Of a stretch of 64,000 nt of DNA, positions 20,161-29,574 are shown piece by piece; the stretch's first letter is position 1, and each line of letters starts with the position of its first letter. The position numbers were made by a program, and so were the translations under genes. The stretch is taken from contig DUSS01000017.1 in NCBI GenBank assembly GCA_012842495.1, positions 251 through 64,250 of the forward strand, in the 5' to 3' direction. Below the pieces are notes generated by a model, which did not search any database, was not told where the DNA came from, and worked only from the letters and a program-made list of their open reading frames with translations. This DNA comes from Candidatus Fermentithermobacillaceae bacterium (lineage in GTDB: Bacteria > Bacillota > Sulfobacillia > Fermentithermobacillales > DUSS01).

Positions 20161-20475
20161 GCTGCCTCGCACCGGCCGGCAGCTCTCTGGAGCCTTCTTC
20201 TCCAGGCACGTCTCCTTCATGGCTTTGGACAGGAATATATCACAAACCGAGCCCGATAGCGAGGGGAAAAGCCGGAGGGGAAGAAGTTATCCGGCTGCGA
20301 CGTCTCCGCAAAACGGGCGTAATGTTAGAGGGTGGGTTGACGTTGTTCCGGCCCGGTCGAGCTCTAAAACGCAGGGTCGGGCGGTACTATCGAAGGGGTT
20401 GAGTGCTGGAGTCCGCCGCGTGACCGGCGAAACTCGAAGGGTTCTGGGGTCATTCCCGGTAAGGAGGTTTCCTAC

Positions 20476-21198
20476 GTGGGATCAAGAAGGCAAATCATTT
20501 TCGGCCTTATCCTGGTGGGTTTGGGTGCAGCCTGGTTGTTAAACAATGTGGGTGTAATATCAGTGAGTATCGGCTACATCGTGAGGACATACTGGCCCGT
20601 GGTGTTTCTCATCTGGGGGCTTGACCTCTTGATAGAGGGAACCAGGCGGACGGGAAGCAGCCGGACGGCCGGTTTCACCAACGCCGGGATTCTCCTGGTC
20701 ATAGGCCTTCTCTTTCTCTCCCGTACGACCGGGTTCTTTTACTTCAACTGGTCCATCATGTGGAGGTCTCTCCTTCCGATCATCCTCATCCTCATCGGAT
20801 GGAACCTGGTATCAAGCGGGACGTTTCCCGGCGGGAGACACTGGGCGCTTTTGAGCGGCGTCGAGCGCAAGCAAAGAGGATGGAGGATGGAAAGCGGGAG
20901 CTTCGGCGCGGTCATGGGTTCCGTCGAGATTGACGCCACGGTTGCGGATATCCCTGAGGGAGAGACCAGACTGGACCTGTTCGCTCTCATGGGCGGGGTG
21001 GAGCTTATTGTGCCGGCGGATGTCACGGTCGAGTGCCGTGGTACGGCGGTGCTGGGGGGAATCGAGTTCTTTAGAGAGGATGCGGGGGGGATCGTCGTGA
21101 CCATCGACAGCACATGCCCGGGAGCTACCGGCTCCACCAAGAGGCTGGTCATCACCGCCAGGGCGATCTTGGGAGCGGTGGACATCAGACGGGGCTGA
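20476..21198 (+). CDS. LiaF-like membrane protein with a C-terminal beta-rich (DUF2154-like) domain
   Basis: N-terminal TM helices (IIFGLILVGLGAAWLL..., ILLVIGLLFL..., LLPIILILIGW). Repetitive C-terminal domain with GGVELIVP and GAVDI blocks, as in cell-wall stress LiaF-type proteins. Confidence 0.45.
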   Translation: MGSRRQIIFGLILVGLGAAWLLNNVGVISVSIGYIVRTYWPVVFLIWGLDLLIEGTRRTGSSRTAGFTNAGILLVIGLLFLSRTTGFFYFNWSIMWRSLLPIILILIGWNLVSSGTFPGGRHWALLSGVERKQRGWRMESGSFGAVMGSVEIDATVADIPEGETRLDLFALMGGVELIVPADVTVECRGTAVLGGIEFFREDAGGIVVTIDSTCPGATGSTKRLVITARAILGAVDIRRG

Positions 21199-21364
21199 CC
21201 TGGGGTCACTCTGAGCGTCCATGCTTCCCGGGAGGTGCCGGGCGGGATTTGCATGGGCGCCTGGTCCCGTGTCGCAACGGGTTGTTTGGCCAGGGTAAAA
21301 GATAGGCAGCCCGTTGAGGGCTGCCTATCTCCTCGTGGACCCGTCTTCCGTACCGCTCACCTTG

Positions 21365-21457
21365 CTAGTTGATTCCGAGAATGAGCAGGATGAGGATGAG
21401 GAAGATGATGAAAACCCAGGTACCCCAGGGGCCGCCTGCACCGAAGCCCATGCCCAT
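21365..21457 (-). CDS. YjcZ-like small sporulation protein (30 aa; below the ORF-track size cutoff)
   Basis: Minus strand reads AGGAGGaaacaagATG then MGMGFGAGGPWGTWVFIIFLILILLILGIN*. A Gly-rich start followed by a hydrophobic tail is the YjcZ family pattern. Confidence 0.5.
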   Translation of the reverse strand: MGMGFGAGGPWGTWVFIIFLILILLILGIN

Positions 21458-21602
21458 CTTGTTTCCTCCTTTCGGTCGGTGGTGAGGGTGGGTGGTTTCG
21501 TCACATGTTATGTAAACGTTGAACTGGTGGTTACAAAACCTGAGCAGGAAACGTCACAAAAACTTGTGAGAGCTTGGACTGTAACCGGAAGGTGAATCCG
21601 CT

Positions 21603-22133
21603 TTGGAAAAATGTATCTCCACGCAGCGTATTTACGACGGCAAGATCATGGCGCTCAGGGTTGACACCGTCGTGACTTCATCCGGCAGGATGACCACGAG
21701 GGAGATACTCGAGCGCCCGGAGGTCGTGTCAGTCCTTCCGCTTGACGGTGAAGGAAACGTCATTCTGGTGCGGCAGTTCCGTTATGCAGTGGGCAGGGAG
21801 ACGCTGGAGATCCCCGCCGGAGTCGTCGGAAAAGGGGAGACTCCTTTGGCGGCTGCTAAACGTGAGCTTCGGGAAGAAACAGGCTACGATGCCGGGTTTC
21901 TTAAGGAAATGGTTTCTTACCGGCCGGCGATCGGATATTCCACGGAGCGCATGACCGTTTTCCTGGCGAAAAACCTGGTCTACGCGCCCGAAAAAGGGGA
22001 CGAGGAAGACATCAGAGTCGAGAGAATCCCCTTCGGCCAGCTGTATGATATGGTAGTCCGGGGGGATTCCCCTTTGGACGATGCCAAGAGCGTCGTCGCA
22101 ATTCTCTTCGCCCGTGCTAGGGGAGAAGCATAA
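21603..22133 (+). CDS. NUDIX hydrolase (ADP-ribose pyrophosphatase-like)
   Basis: Nudix box GVVGKGETPLAAAKRELREETGY (GX5EX7REUXEEXGU). TTG start. Confidence 0.8.
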   Translation: MEKCISTQRIYDGKIMALRVDTVVTSSGRMTTREILERPEVVSVLPLDGEGNVILVRQFRYAVGRETLEIPAGVVGKGETPLAAAKRELREETGYDAGFLKEMVSYRPAIGYSTERMTVFLAKNLVYAPEKGDEEDIRVERIPFGQLYDMVVRGDSPLDDAKSVVAILFARARGEA

Positions 22134-22211
22134 GCAACCCCCGGTGGTAGTGTGGATTCGAAGCACGCGTACTTCCAGCTGTGGCGCGGGGTCCGTGCGT
22201 CCTCGTGCATA

Positions 22212-23582
22212 TCAGTTGCCCTGGTTGTCTGCCCCTGTTTTTCGCCTTCCCAGGTAGCTTTGATGCCTCAGCTCCTTGCGAAGCTCTGATGTATAACCAA
22301 TATCGCAGGAAGCCTGGTGGGGCTGTGTCCGGGAAAGCAGGGACTCGAGATTCCGGATCTCCGAGACGATATCCGGGTCCGGCTTCTTTTCCGCGAGTTT
22401 CTGTAGAGTGTCCAACCTCTCCTGAAGGATGCTGCGGCTCTCTTCCCAATTACCGTTGTCTAGCGCCGTCACAGCGCGGTCCTTCGCCACAGCGGTACGC
22501 GTGAGCTCGACGATCTTTGTAACGGTGATGTCGGGTTGGTACAATTCACCGGGACCTTCGGCTACGGGCAGAGAGACCGGTACTCCTGTGCTCACCGAAT
22601 CCAGACGCCGCAAACTATCGGCGTAATCTACGGTCACGCCGAAGACTTTGGGCCGGCCGTGAGGCAGTGGGGGAAGGAAGATTTCTACGACTAGAATCCG
22701 TTTTTCATTTTCGTACATGTCGGGTAGGTTCAGGACCACCGCCTCGGGGGTGGAGCCCGGGACAACTTGCTGCTCGTATCCGATTATCCCGACGACTTTA
22801 CCCGCTTCCGACCGGAGTGTTACCCTCACATCCTGTGCTGTTATTTTTAGAAGACCGCGCAGTTCTTTAGCGAACACTGCCGGGATTTCATCGGCGTTTT
22901 TCACATAGTAGTAGTTTCCCCGGCCGGCTTCACACATGGCGATCAGCAGGTCTTCGTTGAACTCCCGGCCCACACCTACCGCCGATACCGATAACCCCTT
23001 TTCCGTCACGCTTTGCGCCTTCGCGGCCAAAAGCACGGGGTCGGTAATCCCTACGTTGGCCATTCCATCGGTGAGAAGGACGACCCTGTTGGATTGACCT
23101 GAACGGGTCTCCTTCATAACTTCCTGACATCCTCGGAGGAATCCCCCGGATAGGTTTGTGCTGCCTCCTGACTGTATTCGGTCTATTAGGGACCTGATGA
23201 GCTCTTTGTTGGTGACCGCGGTTTGCGGAACGACGGTTTCGACCTGGTCATCGAAGATGGTCAGGGAAAACCTGTCTTCCGGCCCCATGTGATCTACGAC
23301 GAACCGTGCAGCTTTCTTTACGTACTCTAGAGGTTCGCCGCTCATGGAACCGCTTCTATCCAGGACAAGCCCGATGTTAATGGGAATTCTTTCGTTTTTG
23401 CGGCAAGGCGCGGGCCGAGCCTCCAGCTCTATCAACGCCCAGAGGGTTCCCGGGGTATGCGGTGGAATCAAAGCGTGACTCAGCCGGACGTTTAGGGCTA
23501 GCGAACTTGGTTCTCCGGCTTTGCCCTTCGTGTTTTGCCGCCGAAACGAGTTTGCCGGTTTCTTCACGAGTATCCCTCCCAT
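22212..23582 (-). CDS. von Willebrand factor type A (VWA) domain protein
   Basis: MIDAS motif DRSGSMSG, plus GGSTNLSGG and LLTDGMANVG blocks. The start is uncertain: ATG at 23582, or GTG at 23567 preceded by GGGAGGGA. The ORF track extends to 23708. Confidence 0.7.
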   Translation of the reverse strand: MGGILVKKPANSFRRQNTKGKAGEPSSLALNVRLSHALIPPHTPGTLWALIELEARPAPCRKNERIPINIGLVLDRSGSMSGEPLEYVKKAARFVVDHMGPEDRFSLTIFDDQVETVVPQTAVTNKELIRSLIDRIQSGGSTNLSGGFLRGCQEVMKETRSGQSNRVVLLTDGMANVGITDPVLLAAKAQSVTEKGLSVSAVGVGREFNEDLLIAMCEAGRGNYYYVKNADEIPAVFAKELRGLLKITAQDVRVTLRSEAGKVVGIIGYEQQVVPGSTPEAVVLNLPDMYENEKRILVVEIFLPPLPHGRPKVFGVTVDYADSLRRLDSVSTGVPVSLPVAEGPGELYQPDITVTKIVELTRTAVAKDRAVTALDNGNWEESRSILQERLDTLQKLAEKKPDPDIVSEIRNLESLLSRTQPHQASCDIGYTSELRKELRHQSYLGRRKTGADNQGN

Positions 23583-23928
23583 TCGAGAACCAGAAAAACC
23601 CGTAGATCTTCCCCGGATTCGGGGCGGATGCCCAAGTACCGCTCTCACTGAGGAAGCACAAAAACGGCTTCGGACAGCGAGGCCCCGCCACCCTCTCAAA
23701 GGGTTCACTTATATATTCCGAAGCGGGGCACAAAATTGGTCAGATCACGTCCCGGAAACCTCCGTGGTTCCATCATGTTAGGCCCGTCGAACTCTAATGC
23801 TACACCTGCAGTCACGTAGAACCCCACCGGGCTTCCGCGCGGGACTTGTAATATAATCTGTCTCGAGCGCTTCCAGACGGTTCGTAGGTGGTTCCTCGTA
23901 TTGAACTCTAGGGGAGAGTGAGTAAGCC

Positions 23929-25146
23929 GTGATGGAAGTCCTTCTTCTCGGGATGACCTATTTCTCCTGGGTTTATTGGGTCCTGGCGTGCTGGGCAGTA
24001 CGAACTTTCTTTAAGCCGGACAGGAGATCTGAAAGGAACATCCCGAGCAGCTATACTCCGCCTGTGTCCATTCTGAAGCCGGTATGCGGACTCGACCACC
24101 GTGCCTTTGAAAATTTCGCGAGTTTTTGCCGCCAGGATTATCCCGACTTCGAGATCATCTTCGGCGTAGCGTCTCGTTCCGACCCGGCGGTCCGCATCAT
24201 CCGGGGCTTGCAGCGGACCTTTCCCGAGCGGAGGATAAAACTTGTAGTGGGCAGGCCGCTTGGCGCCAACCAGAAGGTCAGCCTCCTCCATTATATGGAG
24301 CGGGAAGCGAGTCACGACGTCCTCGTGCTCAGCGACAGCGATATGAGGGTGGGGCCCGACTATTTGCGGCGGGTGGTTGCCCCGTTAGCTGAACCGGATG
24401 TCGGTTTGGTGACGTGCCCGTATCGCGGCGAAGACGCCATTTCGTTGCCGGCGAAGCTAGAGGCTCTCCACATGAGCGTGATCTTCCTTCCGTCCGTTAT
24501 AATTGCGTGGAAACTGGGGCTTTCGTTCGCCCTCGGAGCGACCGTCGTTGTCAGGCGCCGTGATCTCGTGCGAATCGGGGGGTTCCGGGCCATCGCGGAT
24601 TACCTCGCCGACGATTTCCAGCTGGGCTTTCGCATCGCGTCCCTGGGGCTCAAGACGACGCTTTCGAATTACGTTACGGTAAGCGTTCTCGGTCGCACGA
24701 CATTCACGGACCAGTGGAACAGGGAGGTTCGGTGGGCCAGATGTAACCGGGTGAGCCGGCCCCGGGAATATCCCGGCATCCTTCTTACTTTACCTACTCC
24801 TCTTGCTGGAGCTTTTGCTCTGGTCAGCCGCTTTTCTCCTCAGAGCCAGCAGATCCTCCTGTTGTCGCTGATCCTAAGGTTGGTTTCCGCCTGGCTCGTT
24901 TCAGGGTATGTGGGAGACCGGGAGGCACGAAAGTACCTGTTGTTGCTTCCCTTTCGCGAGATACTGAGTTCCCTGGTCTGGTTTGCGGGCCTCGTCGGCA
25001 GACGCATTGTGTGGAGGGGCCGGGAGTATATCCTGGAGGAACACGGGAAAATGGTGGCCTGTTCGTGGGCGTCCTGCGTGGATGCCAGCGAGGAGGTGGA
25101 GCCGAGCGTTGCGGGGACCGATCGCGGCGGCGGTATTGCTAATTGA
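23929..25146 (+). CDS. GT2-family glycosyltransferase (ceramide glucosyltransferase / HpnI-like)
   Basis: N-terminal TM. SILKPVCGLD and DFEIIFGV blocks. Acidic DSD motif. C-terminal TM segments typical of HpnI/GT21-like enzymes. Confidence 0.7.
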   Translation: MMEVLLLGMTYFSWVYWVLACWAVRTFFKPDRRSERNIPSSYTPPVSILKPVCGLDHRAFENFASFCRQDYPDFEIIFGVASRSDPAVRIIRGLQRTFPERRIKLVVGRPLGANQKVSLLHYMEREASHDVLVLSDSDMRVGPDYLRRVVAPLAEPDVGLVTCPYRGEDAISLPAKLEALHMSVIFLPSVIIAWKLGLSFALGATVVVRRRDLVRIGGFRAIADYLADDFQLGFRIASLGLKTTLSNYVTVSVLGRTTFTDQWNREVRWARCNRVSRPREYPGILLTLPTPLAGAFALVSRFSPQSQQILLLSLILRLVSAWLVSGYVGDREARKYLLLLPFREILSSLVWFAGLVGRRIVWRGREYILEEHGKMVACSWASCVDASEEVEPSVAGTDRGGGIAN

Positions 25147-25732
25147 CCGCATCCTGAGGAAGCGCTACGGGATTAGAGAGTTCACCAGTGCTCCCGGCTG
25201 CGTGCTGCGGATAGCGATAGGGCGTGCCAACAGAGAAATCCGGCTCTCCGACGGCACGGAAATAGGACCGGGTGACCCCGTAGGAGAAATCCATCTGTGG
25301 AACGAACGAATCCCTAAGATGAGCCGGTGTGGACCCGATATGACCTGGGGCCTCGGATTTCAGCGACTGGTCGTTAAATCCCTGCGGCTCTTGGCCGATT
25401 ACGTTCAAGCATCCCCCGAGTTTGAGCATGTGAAGGCATTCAGAGCGCGACTGGGCGTGAAAGGCCAGGATGGCGAAGCTAAGGTGGCGCGACTTGCCCA
25501 GCGGTTTGGATTCGAGATGTCCGCGACGACCGGGGCACGGAGCTTGTTCGAGCGTTTCCACCGGTTCTTCGATAACCTGTACGCAACGGGGCTCATGTTG
25601 GCGTTCAACCCCGTCAGCTTGAGAGGCAAGGGATTCTGGCGTTTTGGCCGGCCGGAAATTTGGATTTCGCGGAAAGGACTCCTGGATCGCTACGGGAATA
25701 AAGGGGACGCAAACCATCTGAAAACCAAATAG
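25082..25732 (+). CDS. Conserved hypothetical protein (YkoP-like?) downstream of the glycosyltransferase
   Basis: Long ORF in a different frame from the glycosyltransferase tail, non-repetitive composition. The start is uncertain: ATG at 25082, or a TTG downstream of an AGGAGG at 25091. No firm family call. Confidence 0.4.
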   Translation: MPARRWSRALRGPIAAAVLLIDRILRKRYGIREFTSAPGCVLRIAIGRANREIRLSDGTEIGPGDPVGEIHLWNERIPKMSRCGPDMTWGLGFQRLVVKSLRLLADYVQASPEFEHVKAFRARLGVKGQDGEAKVARLAQRFGFEMSATTGARSLFERFHRFFDNLYATGLMLAFNPVSLRGKGFWRFGRPEIWISRKGLLDRYGNKGDANHLKTK

Positions 25733-25746
25733 GGAGGCTCAGGGTA

Positions 25747-26070
25747 ATGACGGACATGATCGTAACCACAACACCGGCAATCGACGGGCACAAAATCGAA
25801 GAGTACCTTGGCGTGGTGGCGGGGGAGGTCGCACTGGGTACTGACTTCGTCAGGGATTTCATCGCGTCCGTTGCGGACCTGTTCGGAGCAAGGACAGCAG
25901 CCTACGAAGAGAAACTTCTGGAAGCTCGCGAGGTCTGTATCGACGAACTACGAAAGCGAGCCGCGAGGCTCGGAGCCAATGCCGTGGTGGGCGTAAAGAT
26001 CGATCACGAGATCCTGCAAAACGGGATGATGCTGGTGATCGCCACGGGCACTGCAGTGAGGGTATCATAA
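25747..26070 (+). CDS. YbjQ/UPF0145 family protein
   Basis: MIVTTTPAIDGHKIEEYLGVV... with a C-terminal GANAVVGVKIDHE block, characteristic of UPF0145; 107 aa. Confidence 0.85.
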   Translation: MTDMIVTTTPAIDGHKIEEYLGVVAGEVALGTDFVRDFIASVADLFGARTAAYEEKLLEAREVCIDELRKRAARLGANAVVGVKIDHEILQNGMMLVIATGTAVRVS

Positions 26071-26155
26071 AAGCACTATAGCCGGTGGCGCGCCTTGTCA
26101 CCGCCGTAGGGTACGTGAGGTTCGGCGTACCGGGTTACCTCAGCTCACCGAAAGC

Positions 26156-29083
26156 TTATTTGTGCTCCAGCTTTGCTTGTACGGTAGTCGGTGGTATGGG
26201 CGGGGGCGTACTTACGGTGTACAGCACCGTGACCATCCAGGAAAACGCGCCCAGAAACAAGAAGCCCGGGGCAGGCATCAGCGGTGCTTCGAAAATGAAG
26301 CGCTTGAGCCAATTGCCGGAGCCAACAAACTTCCAGAACAACCAGAACCCGAGCCCCAGAGTCCATACGGCGCGAGATTGGTCCGAGTCATGATTGATTC
26401 TTCCGAAGAAAAACAACGGTAGAAGCATGGTTTCGAGGGCGATAAACGGATTGGAAGCCGGGATCATCGCCACCAATAGAACGCAATACAGGAAGTTCAG
26501 GAACCTTTTCTGTTCTATAGTAACCCAGCTGTACGGCAAACCCGTTTCCTTAAGGAATCTTCCCCTCAGGAAGGTCAGAAGCGCCGTTCCGCCCATTGTG
26601 ATAACGAACCAGCAGGCGTGAATCAGAAAGAACGGCAGCGAAGAGGCGGCAGGAGATCTCAAAAAACCGGGGATGAGCGCCGAAACCCCCGCGAAAACGG
26701 CCAGACCAAACAGCCATGGGAGCTCCATCAAGGCAAAGCGGCCTGTATGCCTGAAATCTACCCGCCCGTGAGTAAACGTCAGTGCCAAAAGGAAAAGGGC
26801 AAGAAAAACCCCGTAAATCGAAAAGGCCCGGAGCGGCCCGGGAGGAAGAACGGCCCCGGGGGTAATCAGGTACCAGTTCGACTTCAAATCGCCCATACCG
26901 AGGAAGCTTCCGGGGTCTGTCTGTTTTGCCGCCCCGCTTTCAAGTAAAGCTTTCGCGGTCGATTCCAGGGTTTTCACGTATTGCTCTACAAAACGACCGG
27001 TGAGTTCCAGGGTCCGGGGACTCACCTGGTCCAACACGTCTTCGTCTCCGTGTATGATCCTGCCGTGCAGTGAGCCAGGAGACGCACCGGTTCGGGCTGC
27101 CATGATGCCAATGGCCGGTATGTTGCTGTTCACAAAGGGCTCGGAGTCCGTAGGTATCCGCCCAGCGGTTTTCTTCACTCTGGCCTGCAAGTACAGTACC
27201 ACGGAGCTGTCCGTCTCGACCGCGCCGGCGTCCCAGTAGAACGGACTGAGTCCGAAGGGCGGCGAAGTCAGGACTTTATTGGCAAGCGCAACGGTCCAAA
27301 GCGGGGCCTGCCCTTTAGCCGTGGCGGTTGGGTAGAATCCCACCGTGTCCGCACCTTTGAAGCCCGTCATGTCGAGGATGATCGCAAGCTTGACCGGCAT
27401 TTGCCGGTTCATGCTAACGAAAGCTTCTGAACCTTTAAGCCCCGCTTCTTCGCCATCGAAGGAGACGAAAACGTACGTGTAAAAGTGGTCCCCGGACGTG
27501 AGTACGCGGGCGAGTTCAAGCATGCTCGCGGTACCGGACCCGTTGTCTTCGGCGCCGGGATATCTTCCCGCCGTATCGCGGTGAGCTCCGATTAAGATGA
27601 CATCCTTAACCTTACCGGGGCTTTCGGCGACCACGTTTATGCCCTTTGCGTATACTGCGAGATCCCCGACAGTCGTCCCCAGAAGCGAGCGCTCTTCACC
27701 CGCACGGTTTGGACGTTTAAGCGCGAAACTGAATTCCTCGATACGCGTTTTCAAGCCCATGCGGGCGAACTCTTCCTGGACCCATAAGGCCGACTGGACT
27801 CCGCCGTGGGTGTCTACTTTACGTTCCGGGTTATCTCGTACGAGTTTTTCCAGGTAGTCGAAGGCGTCTGTGCCGGAAAAGTATAATTCGCCGTCGTACA
27901 GGCGGACGACTTTGTCGATCTCTTCCAATCCGTAAGGAGGGAACGGTCTTTGAAGCTCAGGGTTGAAAAAGAGGGGAACCGCCGCGAGGAGAAGCGCGTA
28001 GACCAAGACGTGGCCGGCGACGGACGCCATCCGCTTTTTCCTGAGTCGCGCCCGGTACTCGAGACTGAGCCTCATTTCCTCAAATTTCACCGCATCTTCT
28101 CGAAGACTGCCCGCCAGCCTCCGCATCCACCGGGTAAGAGCCCCACCCTCGGCGGGAATCCCTCCGCCCGCTCTCGTTATATCGGCAGCGCCGGTGTGAG
28201 GAGTGGGCAGGAACTCTTTCCCCACGAGTTTCTCGGGAAGACGTAACCGCCCCACGACGTACAGCCCGCAAGCGGGAATGAGCATGACAATGGCGTCCGT
28301 GGCTAGCCTCCCAGCCAGAAGCGTTGGTCCCGTCTTAAGGACAGCTGCGTTCACAGCTTCGGGAAGGTCGATGCCGGCAAGAACCCGCGATAGCGCGGCA
28401 GTTCTGACAGATTCGGGTAGGACGTAGGCGAACGCCGCTTCAATCACAGAGGATAGGCCCAGCACTTTGCCGGCATTTTCGAAAGCTTTCCCGGAGAAAT
28501 GGTGAAGGAGAAGGTAGGCGACGGTCATCAGCACTACGAGTACCCCGGCGGTTCGCGGCGTCGTCCCGGCTGTGCGGTAAGTTTGGAAGACGTCCCCTGG
28601 CAACGCGAAGTAAAGATAATCCGAGACGTCAAGCTGGTCCGGTATGGTTGCGATAATCTCCTCACCCACCGCCGGTGAGCTCCTCTCCAAGTCCCGGATG
28701 AGGGATTCCTTGATAGGGGCGATGTCCACCCACACGCCTGTTTTCAAACGACCGTGGGATGCAAGGTAAGATTTGAAAGCAGGCAGAGCTTTTTTTAGCA
28801 CTGGCCTGAGTGTCTGGGGGGAAAGGGCCCGATATAACGATTCCGAAACGGGCTTCTGCAACTCCCCGGGGAGTTCGGCCAGGGCGACGATCTCTTCGGC
28901 GAGACCCCGGCGAATCTCTTCGTCTTCCAGCACCGAAAGGGCCAGGTCTGGTTCGAACAGCGTCGAAATCGCACTGGACGAAAACAGGAAAACCAGGTTG
29001 GCTGCGAAAAGGACTACCATAATCGTTATGGCAAGATATTTACGCACCTGTATAAACGCCTCCCCAGTGTCTTCCGGGCACAA
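26156..29083 (-). CDS. Fusion protein: large polytopic membrane domain plus M28 family Zn-peptidase domain (975 aa)
   Basis: M28 signature IGAHRDTAGRYPGAEDNGSGTASMLELARVL (metal ligands in HxD and EDNGSG), flanked by many hydrophobic helices on both sides. Non-ATG (TTG) start at 29083; a downstream alternative is possible. Confidence 0.7.
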   Translation of the reverse strand: MCPEDTGEAFIQVRKYLAITIMVVLFAANLVFLFSSSAISTLFEPDLALSVLEDEEIRRGLAEEIVALAELPGELQKPVSESLYRALSPQTLRPVLKKALPAFKSYLASHGRLKTGVWVDIAPIKESLIRDLERSSPAVGEEIIATIPDQLDVSDYLYFALPGDVFQTYRTAGTTPRTAGVLVVLMTVAYLLLHHFSGKAFENAGKVLGLSSVIEAAFAYVLPESVRTAALSRVLAGIDLPEAVNAAVLKTGPTLLAGRLATDAIVMLIPACGLYVVGRLRLPEKLVGKEFLPTPHTGAADITRAGGGIPAEGGALTRWMRRLAGSLREDAVKFEEMRLSLEYRARLRKKRMASVAGHVLVYALLLAAVPLFFNPELQRPFPPYGLEEIDKVVRLYDGELYFSGTDAFDYLEKLVRDNPERKVDTHGGVQSALWVQEEFARMGLKTRIEEFSFALKRPNRAGEERSLLGTTVGDLAVYAKGINVVAESPGKVKDVILIGAHRDTAGRYPGAEDNGSGTASMLELARVLTSGDHFYTYVFVSFDGEEAGLKGSEAFVSMNRQMPVKLAIILDMTGFKGADTVGFYPTATAKGQAPLWTVALANKVLTSPPFGLSPFYWDAGAVETDSSVVLYLQARVKKTAGRIPTDSEPFVNSNIPAIGIMAARTGASPGSLHGRIIHGDEDVLDQVSPRTLELTGRFVEQYVKTLESTAKALLESGAAKQTDPGSFLGMGDLKSNWYLITPGAVLPPGPLRAFSIYGVFLALFLLALTFTHGRVDFRHTGRFALMELPWLFGLAVFAGVSALIPGFLRSPAASSLPFFLIHACWFVITMGGTALLTFLRGRFLKETGLPYSWVTIEQKRFLNFLYCVLLVAMIPASNPFIALETMLLPLFFFGRINHDSDQSRAVWTLGLGFWLFWKFVGSGNWLKRFIFEAPLMPAPGFLFLGAFSWMVTVLYTVSTPPPIPPTTVQAKLEHK

Positions 29084-29574
29084 TCACACGTGCAGGAAAA
29101 TCACCCGCTCCTCCGTACCAGTCTTACAAAACTACCATCATTGTACCGCCGTTGACACGAAGATGGCTATGGACTCCGTGTCGTTACACTACAGAGTTGC
29201 GGCTTTCCGCAGTGAGACCGGATGCCCCGAACATATGGCCGTGTACCCTCTGCGGTCATACTGCAGGTCGACTCCCTTCCACTTCTACGAAGACTGCGCA
29301 ATTCCCGACATGATCAGAACTTTCCGAGAACTGCAGGAATTCCCGGCGGTTCCGTGGTATATGAAGGACAATTGCTCCGCCCGCGGCGAAACGGCAGCGG
29401 AATAACGAGCCCAGTCAGTTGGGGCCCCTTCGACCGGGTTTTATCTCGTACTTCGTTGAATGCCAAGAGCACGAGCGGTTATCGGGGCCAGGGTGCGACG
29501 GCCAACCGAAACCGCGCTTACCGGAACCAAGGCGCGGCGACCGCAAGGCCGCGATCGAAAGGAGGGAGGATTTC

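Noticed and set aside
19596-20259. Overlapping 106-aa minus-strand and 113-aa plus-strand ORFs upstream of serS
   Set aside because: They lie within the T-box leader and terminator region. RNA structure explains the sequence better than coding.
21314-21595. 93-aa plus-strand ORF with an acidic repeat (EQDEDEEDDEN)
   Set aside because: It is the reverse complement of the hydrophobic tail of the minus-strand YjcZ-like peptide gene.
25139-25717. 192-aa minus-strand ORF
   Set aside because: Antisense to the more protein-like plus-strand ORF (25082-25732). Neither has a firm family, but the plus-strand one fits the operon direction.
28773-29405. 210-aa plus-strand ORF in the M28/LuxR intergenic region
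   Set aside because: It starts inside the antisense of the M28 gene. Ser/Arg-rich composition with no RBS. Treated as non-coding spacer.
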